A stretch of DNA of 64,000 nucleotides from Octopus vulgaris (GCA_951406725.2 OX597826.1:49166001-49230000); one strand, 5' to 3'. Numbered from the stretch's first letter, positions 11,140 to 25,494 are shown. Notes: generated by a model not told the origin, from the sequence alone. Made by a program: numbers and translations.

Positions 11140-13529
11140 TGCAAGCGCGTGCGTGTGTATTTGTGATGAAGACGATACAAGTTGCATTGAATCAACTGTT
11201 TTGTGATCGCTATTTATTTATTTATTTATTTACTTATTAAGATGGAGGGAGAGGAATAGTTTAGTGAGGTGTGTGTGTATGTGTGTGACCAGATGTGGGT
11301 GTGAAAGAAAGGTGTAAAGTCAAAGCTTTGAGTAGGAATTGAACTTAAAACAAACGGCATTCTAAAAACTGGGTAAGAAAGAAGATTGTGTAAACGAGAC
11401 ACAGGGGAGGAAGGGTGAGAGATGAGGAAGTGAATGTACAGGAAAGATAATTGTACAATTTTGTTCCCTCCTCCCCTCTTTCTCCGTCTCTCACTCACTC
11501 TCTCTCTTTCTCTTTCTCTCACGCTGTTTGTGTCTGTCTATCTTTTTGTCTTTTAAACTATGTCTCTTTGTCAGTCTCTCTCTCTCCCTCTGTGTTTTTT
11601 TATATTTCTCTCAATGGGGATGGGGAGAGAGGAGAGAGAGAGAGAGATAGAAACAGAGGTAGGAGGAGAGAGAGAGGAAGAAGCAGAAAAAAAAGTTTCA
11701 TAAAGGGACTTTGATTTTAACATACCTTACAATACAACTCTTACTTCCTCTCTTTCCTTCCTACCACCACCACCACCACCACCACCATATTATAACTATA
11801 CTCTCCTCCTTTTATCTACTCCTCCTTCTATTTTGCCTCTCCTCCCATCTCTCAACTATTCTTCGTTCTCGTTCTCGTCATCTTTTTCTTTTTTTTTTGT
11901 TAAAAAATGTGTTTTATTCTTTTTCTTTTTGTCTTTCTTCACTTTGCACGTATTCTCTCCCTCCCTCCCTCCTACTTTCTCCTAACCACTTACTCCCACT
12001 ACAACCATTTCTACCCATTTCCATCCGTCCGTCCGACCAACCATCCATCCATCCACCTCCTCCTCTTCTCCTTATTTTCATTCCTTCTTCCTTTTCTTTT
12101 TCCTTCTTCCTACTCCCACCGCCGCCACCACTACAATGCTGCTGTTACAGTTACTGCTACCACCATCACAACGCTTGCTCCTCCCCTCCTCCCTCCACCA
12201 CCATTTTTCTACATCTTTTGTCTCCACCCTCTTTTAACTTTACTGTCTACATACATTATATACATATATATATATACATATTTATATATACACATATATA
12301 TATATATATAAACGCACGTATTCTTTACTCCTCCTCCAATCCACCTGACGTCACCTCCTCCTACCACAGCTATCGTTATGTCTAACTTTTTTTTTGCTTT
12401 GTTTAACGTTATTTTTCTTTGTGTTTTTTTTTTCACCCTTGTTATTTTACCTTCTGTCTTTTACTTCCAAATCTTATTCTCATCTCTTAATAATTCTTCT
12501 ATCCTCGCCATTCCACCACCACCACCACCACCACCGCTTAATCTACCCGTTAATCCACCCTTTATTCTTTCTTTCTTTCTCATTCACACAAACCCTCCCT
12601 TTTTTTTTTTTTTGCCTTTCATTCCTTCACTTTTTCATCAATCGTTTCTTTGCACTCACACTCTCCTTCCTTTTCTTTCATTAATTCCTTCAGTCACTCA
12701 TTCATTTACCTAAACCTTCCCTCCATTTTTTTCAATCATTTTTTTTTTCACTCACCTCCTTTTCGTTCATTAATTCCTTAACTCATTCGTTTACGTAAAA
12801 AAAAAAAAGACTTCCTTCCTCTTTTCAATCGTTCTTTTCATTCTCTTCCTCTCCCTCCACAAACTTACAAATTCTTTCATTCCTTCACTCACTTATTCGT
12901 GTACCAAAACCCCTCTCTCTCTCTCTCTCCGTCCCTTATTTTATTTCACTCTTTCTTTCTCGCTTATTCCTATTCTCATTCTCTCTCTATAATGTCTATT
13001 ATAATAATCACTTGTTCTCTCCTCCTTCGATCACCCACCCACTTAACCACATACACACATATATATCAACACACACACACACACACTATGTTAAACATAT
13101 ACAAACACACACATACGTACTAACACGCACATAGAAACAAGCGCATACTGTTTACTACACACACACACACACACACACGACACACGCTTACACACATACA
13201 TTCGCTTTGTTCTCTTCTCCTCCGCCTTCTCCTCACACTTTTGTTTGTATGAAGTTTCTCCCCCCTCTCTCTTTGTCTTTCTGTCTTTTTCTTACTCTAT
13301 CAATCTCAATCTCTCACACACTCCTCCCTTTATCACACACACATACAAACGCGCGCGCACATTCACTCAATCCTGCACCTCTTCCTCCTCCTCCTTATCT
13401 CCTTCCCCTTTGTTTGTGTCTCTCTCTCTGTCTCTTTCTTTCTCACACTTTCTCTCTCGCTCTTTTTACATTTCTCCCACCTCCCTCCTACCTCCCTCCC
13501 ACTCTTTGTGCTCCTCTGCCTTCATCTAA

Positions 13530-13823
13530 AATGGTATTTTTCATGTTTCTATGAATAAAAGTACACATTAAACCAATAGTAGCATTCTAAGAGTCTTTTA
13601 TTAAAGGAAAGAAAGAGAGAAAGAGAGCGAGAAAGCGAGCGAGCGAGCGAGCGAGGGAGAAAGAAAGAAGAAACGATAGAAGGGAGGGAGAGCGAGGGTG
13701 AAAAAGAAAAAGAAAACTAAGATAAACAATAAACAAAGCTGGCAATAACTTCACAGTACCATATCAGCTTTCTTCAGAGAGTAATAGCATCATGATAGTT
13801 CAAAATGGTTTTCCAGTGCTGAA
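13530..13823 (+). other. Candidate first exon, possibly coding MIVQNGFPVL from ATG 13792
   Basis: Unique-sequence island after about 2 kb of pyrimidine-rich DNA, with CCAAT at about 13573 and a GA-rich leader. It ends in a consensus donor AA|GTAAGT (GT at 13824). Confidence 0.35.
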
Positions 13824-13931
13824 GTAAGTTTTGTCTTCAATTATTTTTACCTTTTTGATAAAAAAAAAGAAAAGACAAAAGTTGTTTCCATTATCACGTT
13901 AATATTTTTTAATTGTAATATTTGTCATTTA

Positions 13932-13932
<1 letters not shown>

Positions 13933-14026
<94 letters not shown>

Positions 14027-14116
14027 GCAGCTATCTATACATCTATCTATCTATTTATGCATCTACCTACCTACCTACCTATCTATCTATCTATCTAGCT
14101 GTCTATCTATCAATCA

Positions 14117-14214
<98 letters not shown>

Positions 14215-14215
14215 A
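13933..14215. repeat. (CTAT)n / GATA-type tetranucleotide microsatellite
   Basis: Read directly; another tract lies at 15257-15358. Confidence 0.95.
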
Positions 14216-15256
14216 CGTGTATATCTGTCTGTCTCTCTATTTCTCCACCTATTTGTCTTACGTCGTTCTATCTATCTATCAAGTTATTTATCCACCTATC
14301 TATCTGTCTATTCGCCTAAATATATAGTTATCTATTGTTTATAATATATATAATTATCTGTCGAGTTTATCAATCTATCGTTCATCTATATATCGATTTT
14401 ATGCGTCATATATCAATCGATCTCTTGTTTATTTATCTCTCTGTCTGTCTATCTGTCTTTCCATTCACCCCATCCATCCACCCGTTCATCTATCCATCCA
14501 TCCGTCCATTCATCCATCGGTTGTCTCTATTATTTATATATCTATCTGTTTATCAGGTATCCAATGTATTACAATGTATTACAATTCTAACTACCAATTA
14601 GATATATTGTCTATCACACCCTTGTCAATGTGTCTTTTATTTTTTTCAATCCATAACTCTTTCTGTCAATCTCCGGTGCCATCTAAGCTTCTATTTTCCA
14701 TCCATCCATCAATACACACAACAACCGCGCGCGCGGTTTATCTTTTCACTTTTTGTCTTTCGGTCATCAAACAGTGGCTAATAATTCTTCGACCATTTCC
14801 GCATTTTCGCCAACTTTTCTTTTCGCTCTGCAGCCTGCGGCGTGCGAATTCCTAAAGTTTTTGGTTTCTTTACCAAGTACCACTGCTGTCGTATTGTCGC
14901 CTCTTCCATTTTATTTACGATCGTTCTTCGATTCCATTCACGCATCTAACATGTATTCTACAAACGGAAATTTATACGAAGAATCGTACATATTTGTTAA
15001 TACACACATGCCAAGACGATATCATACATACCCAATTTCTATACATACACACAAGCACACATTTTTATTATTACATACGCACACTCACATGAAAATATAA
15101 ACACGCATAAAATATAACTGCTAATAATATTTGCTAAAATATTTGCTATTTGGGTTTATCATTTTATCAAACTGATTCAGTTTTCGATTTTGTTTTTCCT
15201 GTCACTCTGTCTATCGATCTACCTATCAAGTTAGTCATTAATTTGCCCTGTCAGCA

Positions 15257-15333
<77 letters not shown>

Positions 15334-15712
15334 GTCTATCTATCTATCTATCTATCTATGTGTGTGTGTGTGTGTGCCTGTATCAATTTCTCAGTCAAGT
15401 TATATCTTCACTCTATTCAATATATATATATATATTTATACACACACACACATACATACGCGCGCACATCAAATTTTTAATCGAACAGTTTGTTTCAATT
15501 TATTAACCTGTTCAATCTTTAAGTATTATCGGATGTATGTATTCATCTGTTCATCTGTCTAGTTTAAGCTAATCTACCACCCTATATATATATATATATA
15601 TCTGTCTCGTCTTTTTAATGAGTCTGTCCATCACGAAAATCACACTTGCACGTGCGTGTGTGTAGAGTTTGTGTGCACGTTAATATCTTAACTTATATAC
15701 ACCTATTAACGG

Positions 15713-15790
<78 letters not shown>

Positions 15791-16705
15791 ACTTCTTTTG
15801 CTTTTTTGCGTGTGAGTAGTGTTATTGACAATTCAAGTATGATTTTCCGCTCGCTACTTCAGTCTATCATAACACGTTGAATAAGTATGTATGTGTGTGC
15901 GCGCGTTACTGCGTGTGTGCATATATGCACGCTCGCTTGTGTGTACGTGTGTGTGTATCTGTGTGTATGCATATGTGTTTGTCCGTGCTATGCACACGTA
16001 TGTGTGTGTGTATGCGTTTGCGTGTGTATATGTGTGCAGTGCAATATGTACTAAGTGCCATGCATCTCTTGTTTACGGTCCTTTCGGCTGCTACCTTATT
16101 TCATATACACCGTATATATGTGTGTGTGTGTGTGTACATATACATATATATACATAAATATGTGTGTGTGTGTTTACAAGCATACAGGCGCGCGCGCATT
16201 TAGATTCAGGACTTTTACACACGCAACACACACGCATACATGCACATAGAAACACATGTGCACTCGTTTGTATGTATGTATATATGTATGTATGCATGCA
16301 TGCATGTATATTTATATATGTATAGCTCAGGCTTAGTTCTGATCTACAGACCTATTCCAGTCGTCACCACCCGACTTTTTAAGGGTGTCTAAAGGCTCTA
16401 GCATCCGATATATCTTTCCTTCCTTTAAGACAGTATACTAAAGTTCAGTGGTGAGATTTGGCTGCTATTTCTGAATGAACAAGGGTGCGTGCATGTTTCG
16501 ATGCAATATAACCATGTTAGTGTGCATGTAGCAGTGTGTATATTTTTACCTGCATGTAGCAATATGCCTTGTATATATATATATATGTTATACCTGGATG
16601 CGTCTATGTCACAGAAGTGTGTCTGATGTACAGAGATTTCTTGGTGTGTATATATTATTGTCTTGGTGAGAAGAAGAGAAAGAACGAGAGATTAAAGAAA
16701 CGAGG

Positions 16706-16740
<35 letters not shown>

Positions 16741-17129
16741 ACTAGCAACTGTGTATATATTGTTTCCTCAAACTGTTGCATTCCTTGGTGGCATTCCTTC
16801 ATAGACAACATTGCGTCTTTCTGTTGTTACGTGAGTCTCCCTGCTCCAAACCGAGAGTCCAAACTTGGAATTGGTTGGTAATGGCAAGAAATACTACGGA
16901 GAAGCAAGGTGTATACACGACACCGTTTATGTGTGTGTGTCAGTGAGTGTGTGTGCATGCATGTGTATGTATGGTATGTGTAGGGTGGGTGGGATTTGAT
17001 TATGCGATTTTAACCAATTCTTTCGGTTTGGGTAACATTTGTCTAACTTTTTTCGAATGCGATCGTTTAAGTTTTTTTATTCATAAATCTTTGAACAAGC
17101 ATGTATTTGTGCACGTGTGAGTGTGTATA

Positions 17130-17186
<57 letters not shown>

Positions 17187-17354
17187 GTATGTGTGTATAT
17201 ACACACACACACACGCTTTGTGTATGAGTTTATGCAAAAAAAGCATACATAATCACACACACACATATACATTCATACATACATGTATGTATATATATAT
17301 ATGTATATACATATATATATATACATACATATATATACATATATATATATATAC

Positions 17355-17418
<64 letters not shown>

Positions 17419-17592
17419 ACACACACACGCAAATATATATTGCAACAAATTTGTATTGAAAATTTACATATTTGCCATTTAAATCAATTGTGTTTTATTA
17501 CACCATGTCGAATTAATTGAAGTCAAAGAAGTTTTATTTCTGTACACCCACACACACACACAAAGTACATGCAAGTACACACCTGTATCACT

Positions 17593-17647
<55 letters not shown>

Positions 17648-17738
17648 ATAATGTGATAAGTATACATATGTGTGTGAGTTAGTTTATGTCTATGTATATA
17701 TATGTATATTTATCTATACAAATGCACATATACATTCA

Positions 17739-17775
<37 letters not shown>

Positions 17776-18141
17776 GTATATGCATGTATGTATAATGTAA
17801 TGTCATAATAAAATAATATGTGTAAAATAATGCACAAAAGAAGTTCCACTGAAAGGTTTCTGATAATGCTTCAACTTTTAGTTTTCTAAGACAAAAGATA
17901 TTTCTTACTTTTCTGATTCTCTCTCGCTCTCTTTCACCATCATCATCATCACCATCACCACCACCACCAACAGCCACTACAATAACAGCATCTTTCTAGA
18001 ATTTTCTAAGATTGGAATTTGTTTATGCTTCTTTTTTTGCCTTATTTTTGTTAATTTAATTTTTTTTTTTTTTTGGGACAACTTTTCGATATTTAAAATA
18101 AACTCTTAGTTTTGCAGATATAATCTCTCTCTCTCTTTCTT

Positions 18142-18174
<33 letters not shown>

Positions 18175-18271
18175 AACTCACACAAACAACATGCAACAGT
18201 TACACACACAACACAACAGAATTCTGTGCATAAACATATATATATATGTATATATACATATATATGTGTAG

Positions 18272-18310
<39 letters not shown>

Positions 18311-18313
18311 TAT

Positions 18314-18369
<56 letters not shown>

Positions 18370-18644
18370 TCACATGACTAATACAAGACAACAGATACAT
18401 GCACACACATGGGCACTCTTTATGCACCTAACACATTCACACACACTCTTTATATATACACACATTCACCAGTTCTATAGCACAAGCATTTGCCACCACC
18501 ATCTTTGTCTAAGTCACAATCATCATCATCAACATGTTCTTAAGAAGCTCTTTTTTTCCTAATTTGTCCCACCGCCTCAACTTCTCATCACTTGAACTTT
18601 TTATCCTCCAATTACCCCTCCCACAAACACACACACACATTCCA

Positions 18645-18684
<40 letters not shown>

Positions 18685-18727
18685 CTGTGTGTGTGTATAT
18701 ACATCTGTACATGTATTAACATACATA

Positions 18728-18759
<32 letters not shown>

Positions 18760-19116
18760 CATAATCACTTGATGTGTCTTATGTATTTGATATCCATTTT
18801 ATTCCAAAATTTCTTCATTTGAAGAAATGACAAATTCTTAAATGAAACTTTGGGGTTGAAACTAAAGAATATAATTTCTATAATTTAGATATCTACCTGC
18901 AGAAAAGTTGAAGAAAAAATATAAAACATGCACACACACACACACAGACACATTCATATACAGGCCTATATATAAATATACATACATGTGTTTGTGTGTA
19001 TTTATATAAATATATACAGATATATATATCCACATATATGCATAGATACATATGCACATATATACATACATAAATATATATACGCTTATCAATTTGTATA
19101 TATATATATATATATG

Positions 19117-19167
<51 letters not shown>

Positions 19168-19470
19168 AGACAGGTATATGTCTTAATACGTGTTGTGTGT
19201 GTGTGTGCATGTGTGTAAAATTCATTATATGTTTCTTCTCTAAACCATATTCCATATGAAAAGGAAAATGTGTCTTACCATTCTTTGCATTCAATTTGCT
19301 TAAAAAGGAACTGTCTTTCTGTGAGATTTGTCTCTTTCACGACATTTCTATCAATTTATTTCATCAGGACAAAAGGAGCCAAGATCTAAAGTAGCATTTA
19401 TGAGTTTTAATCCTTTTAAAAGGGGATAGGGGGAAAAAATCACACACACATTTATGTAAATGTGTGTATG

Positions 19471-19506
<36 letters not shown>

Positions 19507-19569
19507 TTGATATATATATATATATATATATACACACATTGATATATATATAGATAGTTATAGATATAG

Positions 19570-19731
19570 ATATAAATACAGTGTACATTTAAACACATAA
19601 GAGGTATCCGTTATAGGATTCCTTGCACGCTAGAAGGAACAGCTAAAATCCCAACTAGCTGTTCCTTCTAGCGTGCAAGAAATCCTATGACAGATACCCC
19701 TTATGTATTTAAATGTACACTGTATTTATAT
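19570..19731. repeat. Long inverted repeat (76-bp arms, 10-nt loop); possible Tc1/mariner-type MITE
   Basis: Arms 19570-19645 and 19656-19731 match at 71/76. It contains TA|CAGTG...CACTG|TA (19579-19722). Confidence 0.9.
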
Positions 19732-19820
19732 GAATAATATAAAGTCTATTGACTAACTTTTTACATGCTAGGCCACTGGTAGTAAAAATTTCTAAAACTT
19801 CTTATTACCCTGATATTATC

Positions 19821-19867
<47 letters not shown>

Positions 19868-20021
19868 TAGATAGATAGATAGATATAGATATGCATATAT
19901 AAAGATAGATATAGGTATAGATATATATATATATATATATATACTTATATAATTAAAATATTATGTTTGGGTTATTTCAAGTTAAATAAATGTACACATG
20001 TCAATTTATTTACAAGTTATA

Positions 20022-20079
<58 letters not shown>

Positions 20080-20133
20080 TATATATACATATATACAGTT
20101 ATGCATAAACATATACGTATATGCATGTGTATG

Positions 20134-20166
<33 letters not shown>

Positions 20167-20190
20167 TTGTGTATTATATATGTATATATA

Positions 20191-20244
<54 letters not shown>

Positions 20245-20626
20245 TGTTGGTGTGTTGAAACTGAAACAGTGACATCATGGAATATATATTTTAATGTGTT
20301 TAAACAAGGAAACACAAACCCAAAACTGTTAGCTCAACATTCATATATATTCATAACTGTACTGTCTATTATGATATTTCAAGATATTTCTTCATACTTC
20401 TGTGGCTTGGTCACTGGCAAAAGCCAAGCGCATCCTTGACCAGGTCGCAGAAGTGCGACAGAATTATATTGATGGTTAATCAAGGAAATTCTTTCAGGAA
20501 GAATCAAGAAATGGGTAGAAGAGGTTTCGGGTATTGTAATAGCTATGCTAGTTCTTTCAAACTGTCATTGGTGTGTACTCATATGCGATAAAGCCTACAT
20601 ATTGAGATATATATATATATAAATAT

Positions 20627-20685
<59 letters not shown>

Positions 20686-20811
20686 AGTTCAGCAAAAATT
20701 TAGATTCAAAGGAATATGGTACTTAATTTAGGTGCACCAGAATTCTGTATGGTGTTATCCATAAAAATCCTTGGGGTGATTATAATCAAAATAAGCAACA
20801 AGAATGACTCC

Positions 20812-20874
<63 letters not shown>

Positions 20875-21242
20875 ATATAGGCTAGCAGATATAAATATAT
20901 TCTGACTAGCAGGCCAAAACTTTGAAGACACTGTCACCATTTTTCTTGTAGAAGTATACACTCTACAAAAGAGTATTGAATAATTCTTTGGTTTAATTTT
21001 AAATTGTTTTTATTGTAACTCGACTTTTGCTGCTGAAGTTGACTTTGCCTTTCATCTTTTTGGCGTCGACAAAATATAAGTACTACTGAGGAGTACTGGG
21101 GTTGATCTGATCAGCCAGCCTCTTCTTGCGACTAAAGCAAAATGAATTATGACTGAGTAAAATAACAGACACATACACATACATACATGTACACACACAC
21201 ACATACATGTATACATATTACTCACAACAAAAACTTATATCA

Positions 21243-21394
21243 GGCTGCCTGGTAAGTAGCTTGCTTATCAAACACATGGTTCCGGATTTAGTCCTACTGC
21301 GTGGCCCCTTGGGCAAGTTTCTTCTACTATAGCCTCGGGCTGACCAAAGCCTAGTGAGTGGATTTAGTAGATGGAAACTGAAAGAAGCTCATTG

Positions 21395-21451
<57 letters not shown>

Positions 21452-21688
21452 GTATATACATATATATGTATGTGTGTGTATGTATGTGTTTATGTTTGTC
21501 CCCTCACCATCGCTTGACAACCGGTGTTGGTGTGTTTATGCCCTCGTAACTTGGTAGTCCTGCATAAGAGACCGATAAAATAAGTACTAGCCTTACAAAG
21601 AATAAGTCCTAGGGTCAATTTGTTCAGCTAAAGGCAGTGCTCCAGCATGGCCACAGTCAAATGACTGACACAAATAAAAAGAAAGAAT
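21243..21688 (+). mobile_element. SINE B, near full-length, with internal (CA)/(TA)n
   Basis: Family-B head, internal microsatellite and 3' segment in order. Confidence 0.85.
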
Positions 21689-21827
21689 ATATATATATAT
21701 GTATATGTATGTATATATACATATATATACATATGTATATATATACATATATATATGTATATATATATGCATATATATATATATATACACACATATATAT
21801 ATGCACATATATAGATATATGTACATA

Positions 21828-21869
<42 letters not shown>

Positions 21870-23958
21870 CACACACATATACTTATGTGCATATATGTGT
21901 CAATACATATATGTGTGTGTGTGTTTATTGAAATGAAAAAAATGTTTTTAACGAATTAAGAAATTAAATCAACTAAAATAGAAAAAAAATTAAAAGAAAA
22001 AACAAAATAGTTTTGTTGGTGTTGTTACTGTTGTTGTTTGTTGTTGTTGTTGGCATATGATGGGGTGGGGAAGGAAAAAGACACAGCAAAGCAAGCGCCA
22101 ATATTGTCACCCACCCATCAATTCATAGAATAGGGTTTATTAAATTTTGGATACAAAAACAACAAACCAGCAAAAATGCATCGACATGTGTACGTATATA
22201 TATGAATATACATATAGTTTTTATATTTATATATATACTCATGAGTGTGTGTAAGTATATATACATGTATATGTATGTATGTAGATAGATAGATGGATGG
22301 ATGGATGGATAGACACACACACACACACAAAGCAGGGCCTTTTTTTATATTTTCTATTACACTTTTCGTAAACTTTATTCCATTCTTCCTCTCCACATAC
22401 ATTATTCCCTAATTATTGTTATTATTATTATTATTATTATCATTATTATTATTATTATCATCATTATTATTATTATCATCATTATTATCGTCATCAATGT
22501 TATTATTCCTTTGGAAATCGTTCCAAACGTCTGGCATATTTCTGCGGCTATTCAAAAATGACGCGATTCTGCAGAGACATTTTTTGGTGGAAAATGAAAA
22601 GAGGGGGAAAAACAAAAAAAAAAACAAACAAACAAAAAACAGAATAATTTTATTTATTTGTTTCCATGCTCTGTGTCGCTGTGTGTGTGTATGTGTGTGT
22701 ATGAGAGAGTGCATTTGTATATATTTGTTGTGCGTGTGTATATGTGTATTTATTTATTTATTTTTCTTTTGTTTGTGTTTTTCAGTTTACTTTTAATTGT
22801 CTTTTTTCTTCATTTCACACATATTGGTCTACCCTCCACCCCTTCTCCAGTATTTTCTGTTCGTACACAATCATGCCTGCACACACACACACACATACAT
22901 ATACACACACACACGCACCACATATATGTGTGTACCAGTATACACACACATATATACATACATGTATTTTTGTATATGTGTGTATATATTTATTCATATA
23001 TTTATATGTATTACATATACATATATATATATATATAATATACATATTTACATACATACAGATATGTACATATATAAATATATATATATATACATATGTA
23101 TATATAAATATATATATATATATACAAACATACACACACATATATATGTATATATATATACACATAAATATATATATGTATATATTTCAAAAACAAACGC
23201 AAATACATCACCTCACTACTACTGCCAACACTTTCACTCTAGCCTTCACCACCACCGCCACAACCACTACCAACAACAACAACAATTACACCAATGCCAC
23301 CACGGCCACGACCACCACCACCACTAGAACCACCAATTTCTTACTCTAAAGTTTTGTTTTCTCAAAGTCTTTTGAGGAAACAGCAACAATAATAACCACA
23401 ACAACAATAATAATAATAATAATAATAACAATTACAACAACAACAACAGCAAAACTTATATTAAAGCATTTCCAAAGAATTTTTGCCAGTATCAAAGATT
23501 TACAAAACTGATTTCAAGGAAGGTGGTATAGGTATTGGTAATTTTTATTGCAATGGTGGTGGTTGTTTTGGTGTTGCTGTTGTTGTAGTTGTTAGTGGTG
23601 CTGGTGGTGTTATTTTTTTTTTGTTCTTACTTTCATTGAAAAATGTTATTTAGTTTTTTGTTTTTTTTTGCATATAAGATTTTAATTTTGTTACATCATA
23701 TATTGTTGTTGTTTGTTATTTTACTTCGTTTTTATTATTTGTTGTTTTGGGTTGTTGCTTTTCTTGTTTTGTTTACTTATTTAGTTTTGTTTGTTTTTTG
23801 TTTGTTTGCTTTTTTTTTGTTTTTGTAATTGCTGCTTATATAGAAAATTCCAGTGCCTCACCCTAGATTGTTGAGATTGCATTATTGGAAATATGAAGGG
23901 GGGGGGGCACCACTTCTTCATTACACTGCTACCACAAATGTGTGTATATATATATACA

Positions 23959-23994
<36 letters not shown>

Positions 23995-24071
23995 CATATA
24001 TGCACATATATATATATACATATCTATAGATGGATATATATAGGTGTTTACATATATAAGCACATACATGC

Positions 24072-24113
<42 letters not shown>

Positions 24114-24133
24114 GCATGTGGGTGTGGGTATAA

Positions 24134-24169
<36 letters not shown>

Positions 24170-24957
24170 ATATATATACATACATACACACATACACATC
24201 TATATATATTTACATATGTGTGTATAATATATATATATATATATATATACATACACATCCATTTATCTATATATATATATATGCATAGACATGTGTGTGT
24301 GTGTGTGTATCCCAACCCATACCAGCCTGATAGACAAATGTATGATGATGATGATGATCCACTCACACCCATACATGTATGCACACATACACTTATACAT
24401 ATCTGCCTAACTCCACCAGACGTTACCTCTCACCAACCAAACAGCCAACAAACCATGCTGCCAGCCAGCCAAAGAATCAAGCACCTTATTAACTAATGAA
24501 CTTTAACCAATCTTGACTCACAGAGTGTGAAATGGCAAGATGGTTGGTGACACTTCTGGTGACGGTGATGATGATGAAAAGTATGATGATGAGGATGATG
24601 ATGATGATTATGATTATTATTAGTGGTGGTGGTGGTGGTGGTGGTGGTTACAGCAATTGTTGCTGATGTCACTGATGGGATAAGGGGTGGAGATAGAAGT
24701 GATACAAACACAGAGAAGACACAAAGTCAAAGCTAAATGGCGGCGGTACTGTAGGTAGTGGTGGTGGTGGTGGTGGTGGTGGGGGTATATATATATATAT
24801 GGCATGGGGGGGTTGGGGTGTGAGGTGGGTGTGTAGAGTAGGGTGTGGTTCTTGCTCTGTGAACAAAGATCTACCCTGGAAATATTTCCGTCTTGCACAC
24901 ACTACCCGTGTACTCATATACCCATGCATACAAACACACACATACATATACACATAG

Positions 24958-25111
24958 ATGCAAGAGTGGGTGGGTGTGTGGTAAGAAACTTGCTTCCCAA
25001 CCACATGGTTCCAGGTTCAGCCTCACTTGGGCAAGTGTCTTCCACTATAGCCTCAGGTTGACCAAAGCCTTGTGAGTGGAATTTATAGACAGAAACTGAA
25101 CGAAGCCTGTC

Positions 25112-25163
<52 letters not shown>

Positions 25164-25390
25164 GTATGTATGTATTTGTGTATCTGTGTTTGTTCCCCCA
25201 CCCCACCATTGCTTTACAACCGACGTTGGTGTGTTTATGTCCTTGTAACTTAGCAGTTTGGCAAAAGCAACCAATAGAATAAGTACTAGGCTTTGAAAGA
25301 ATAAGCCACAGAGTTCATTTGTTCAACTAAAGGCAGTGCTCCAGCATGGCCACAATCAAATAACTGAAACAAGTAAAAGAATAAAAGAAT
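24958..25390 (+). mobile_element. SINE B, full-length
   Basis: GTGTGGTAAGAAACTTGCTTCCCAACCACATGG...(TA)n...CTCCAGCATGGCCACAATCAAATAACTGAAACAAGTAAAAGAATAAAAG. Confidence 0.85.
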
Positions 25391-25494
25391 ATCACACACA
25401 CACACACATGCATATCATACATTGCATGACAAATAACAGGACTAGCAAAAAGACAAAAAAAAAACAAAGTAAAAAAGGTATTTGTTATTATCGT

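Noticed and set aside
19325-19380. Minus-strand CTGATGA...GAAA hammerhead-like motif (also plus strand at about 29811)
   Set aside because: There is no UH cleavage site in register with stem I, and the stems do not close.
24505-24545. Hairpin containing TGGCAAGATG (miR-31-like 5' end)
   Set aside because: Only about 41 nt with a 3-nt loop and a large asymmetric bulge. The match is limited to the seed region and lies on the wrong arm.
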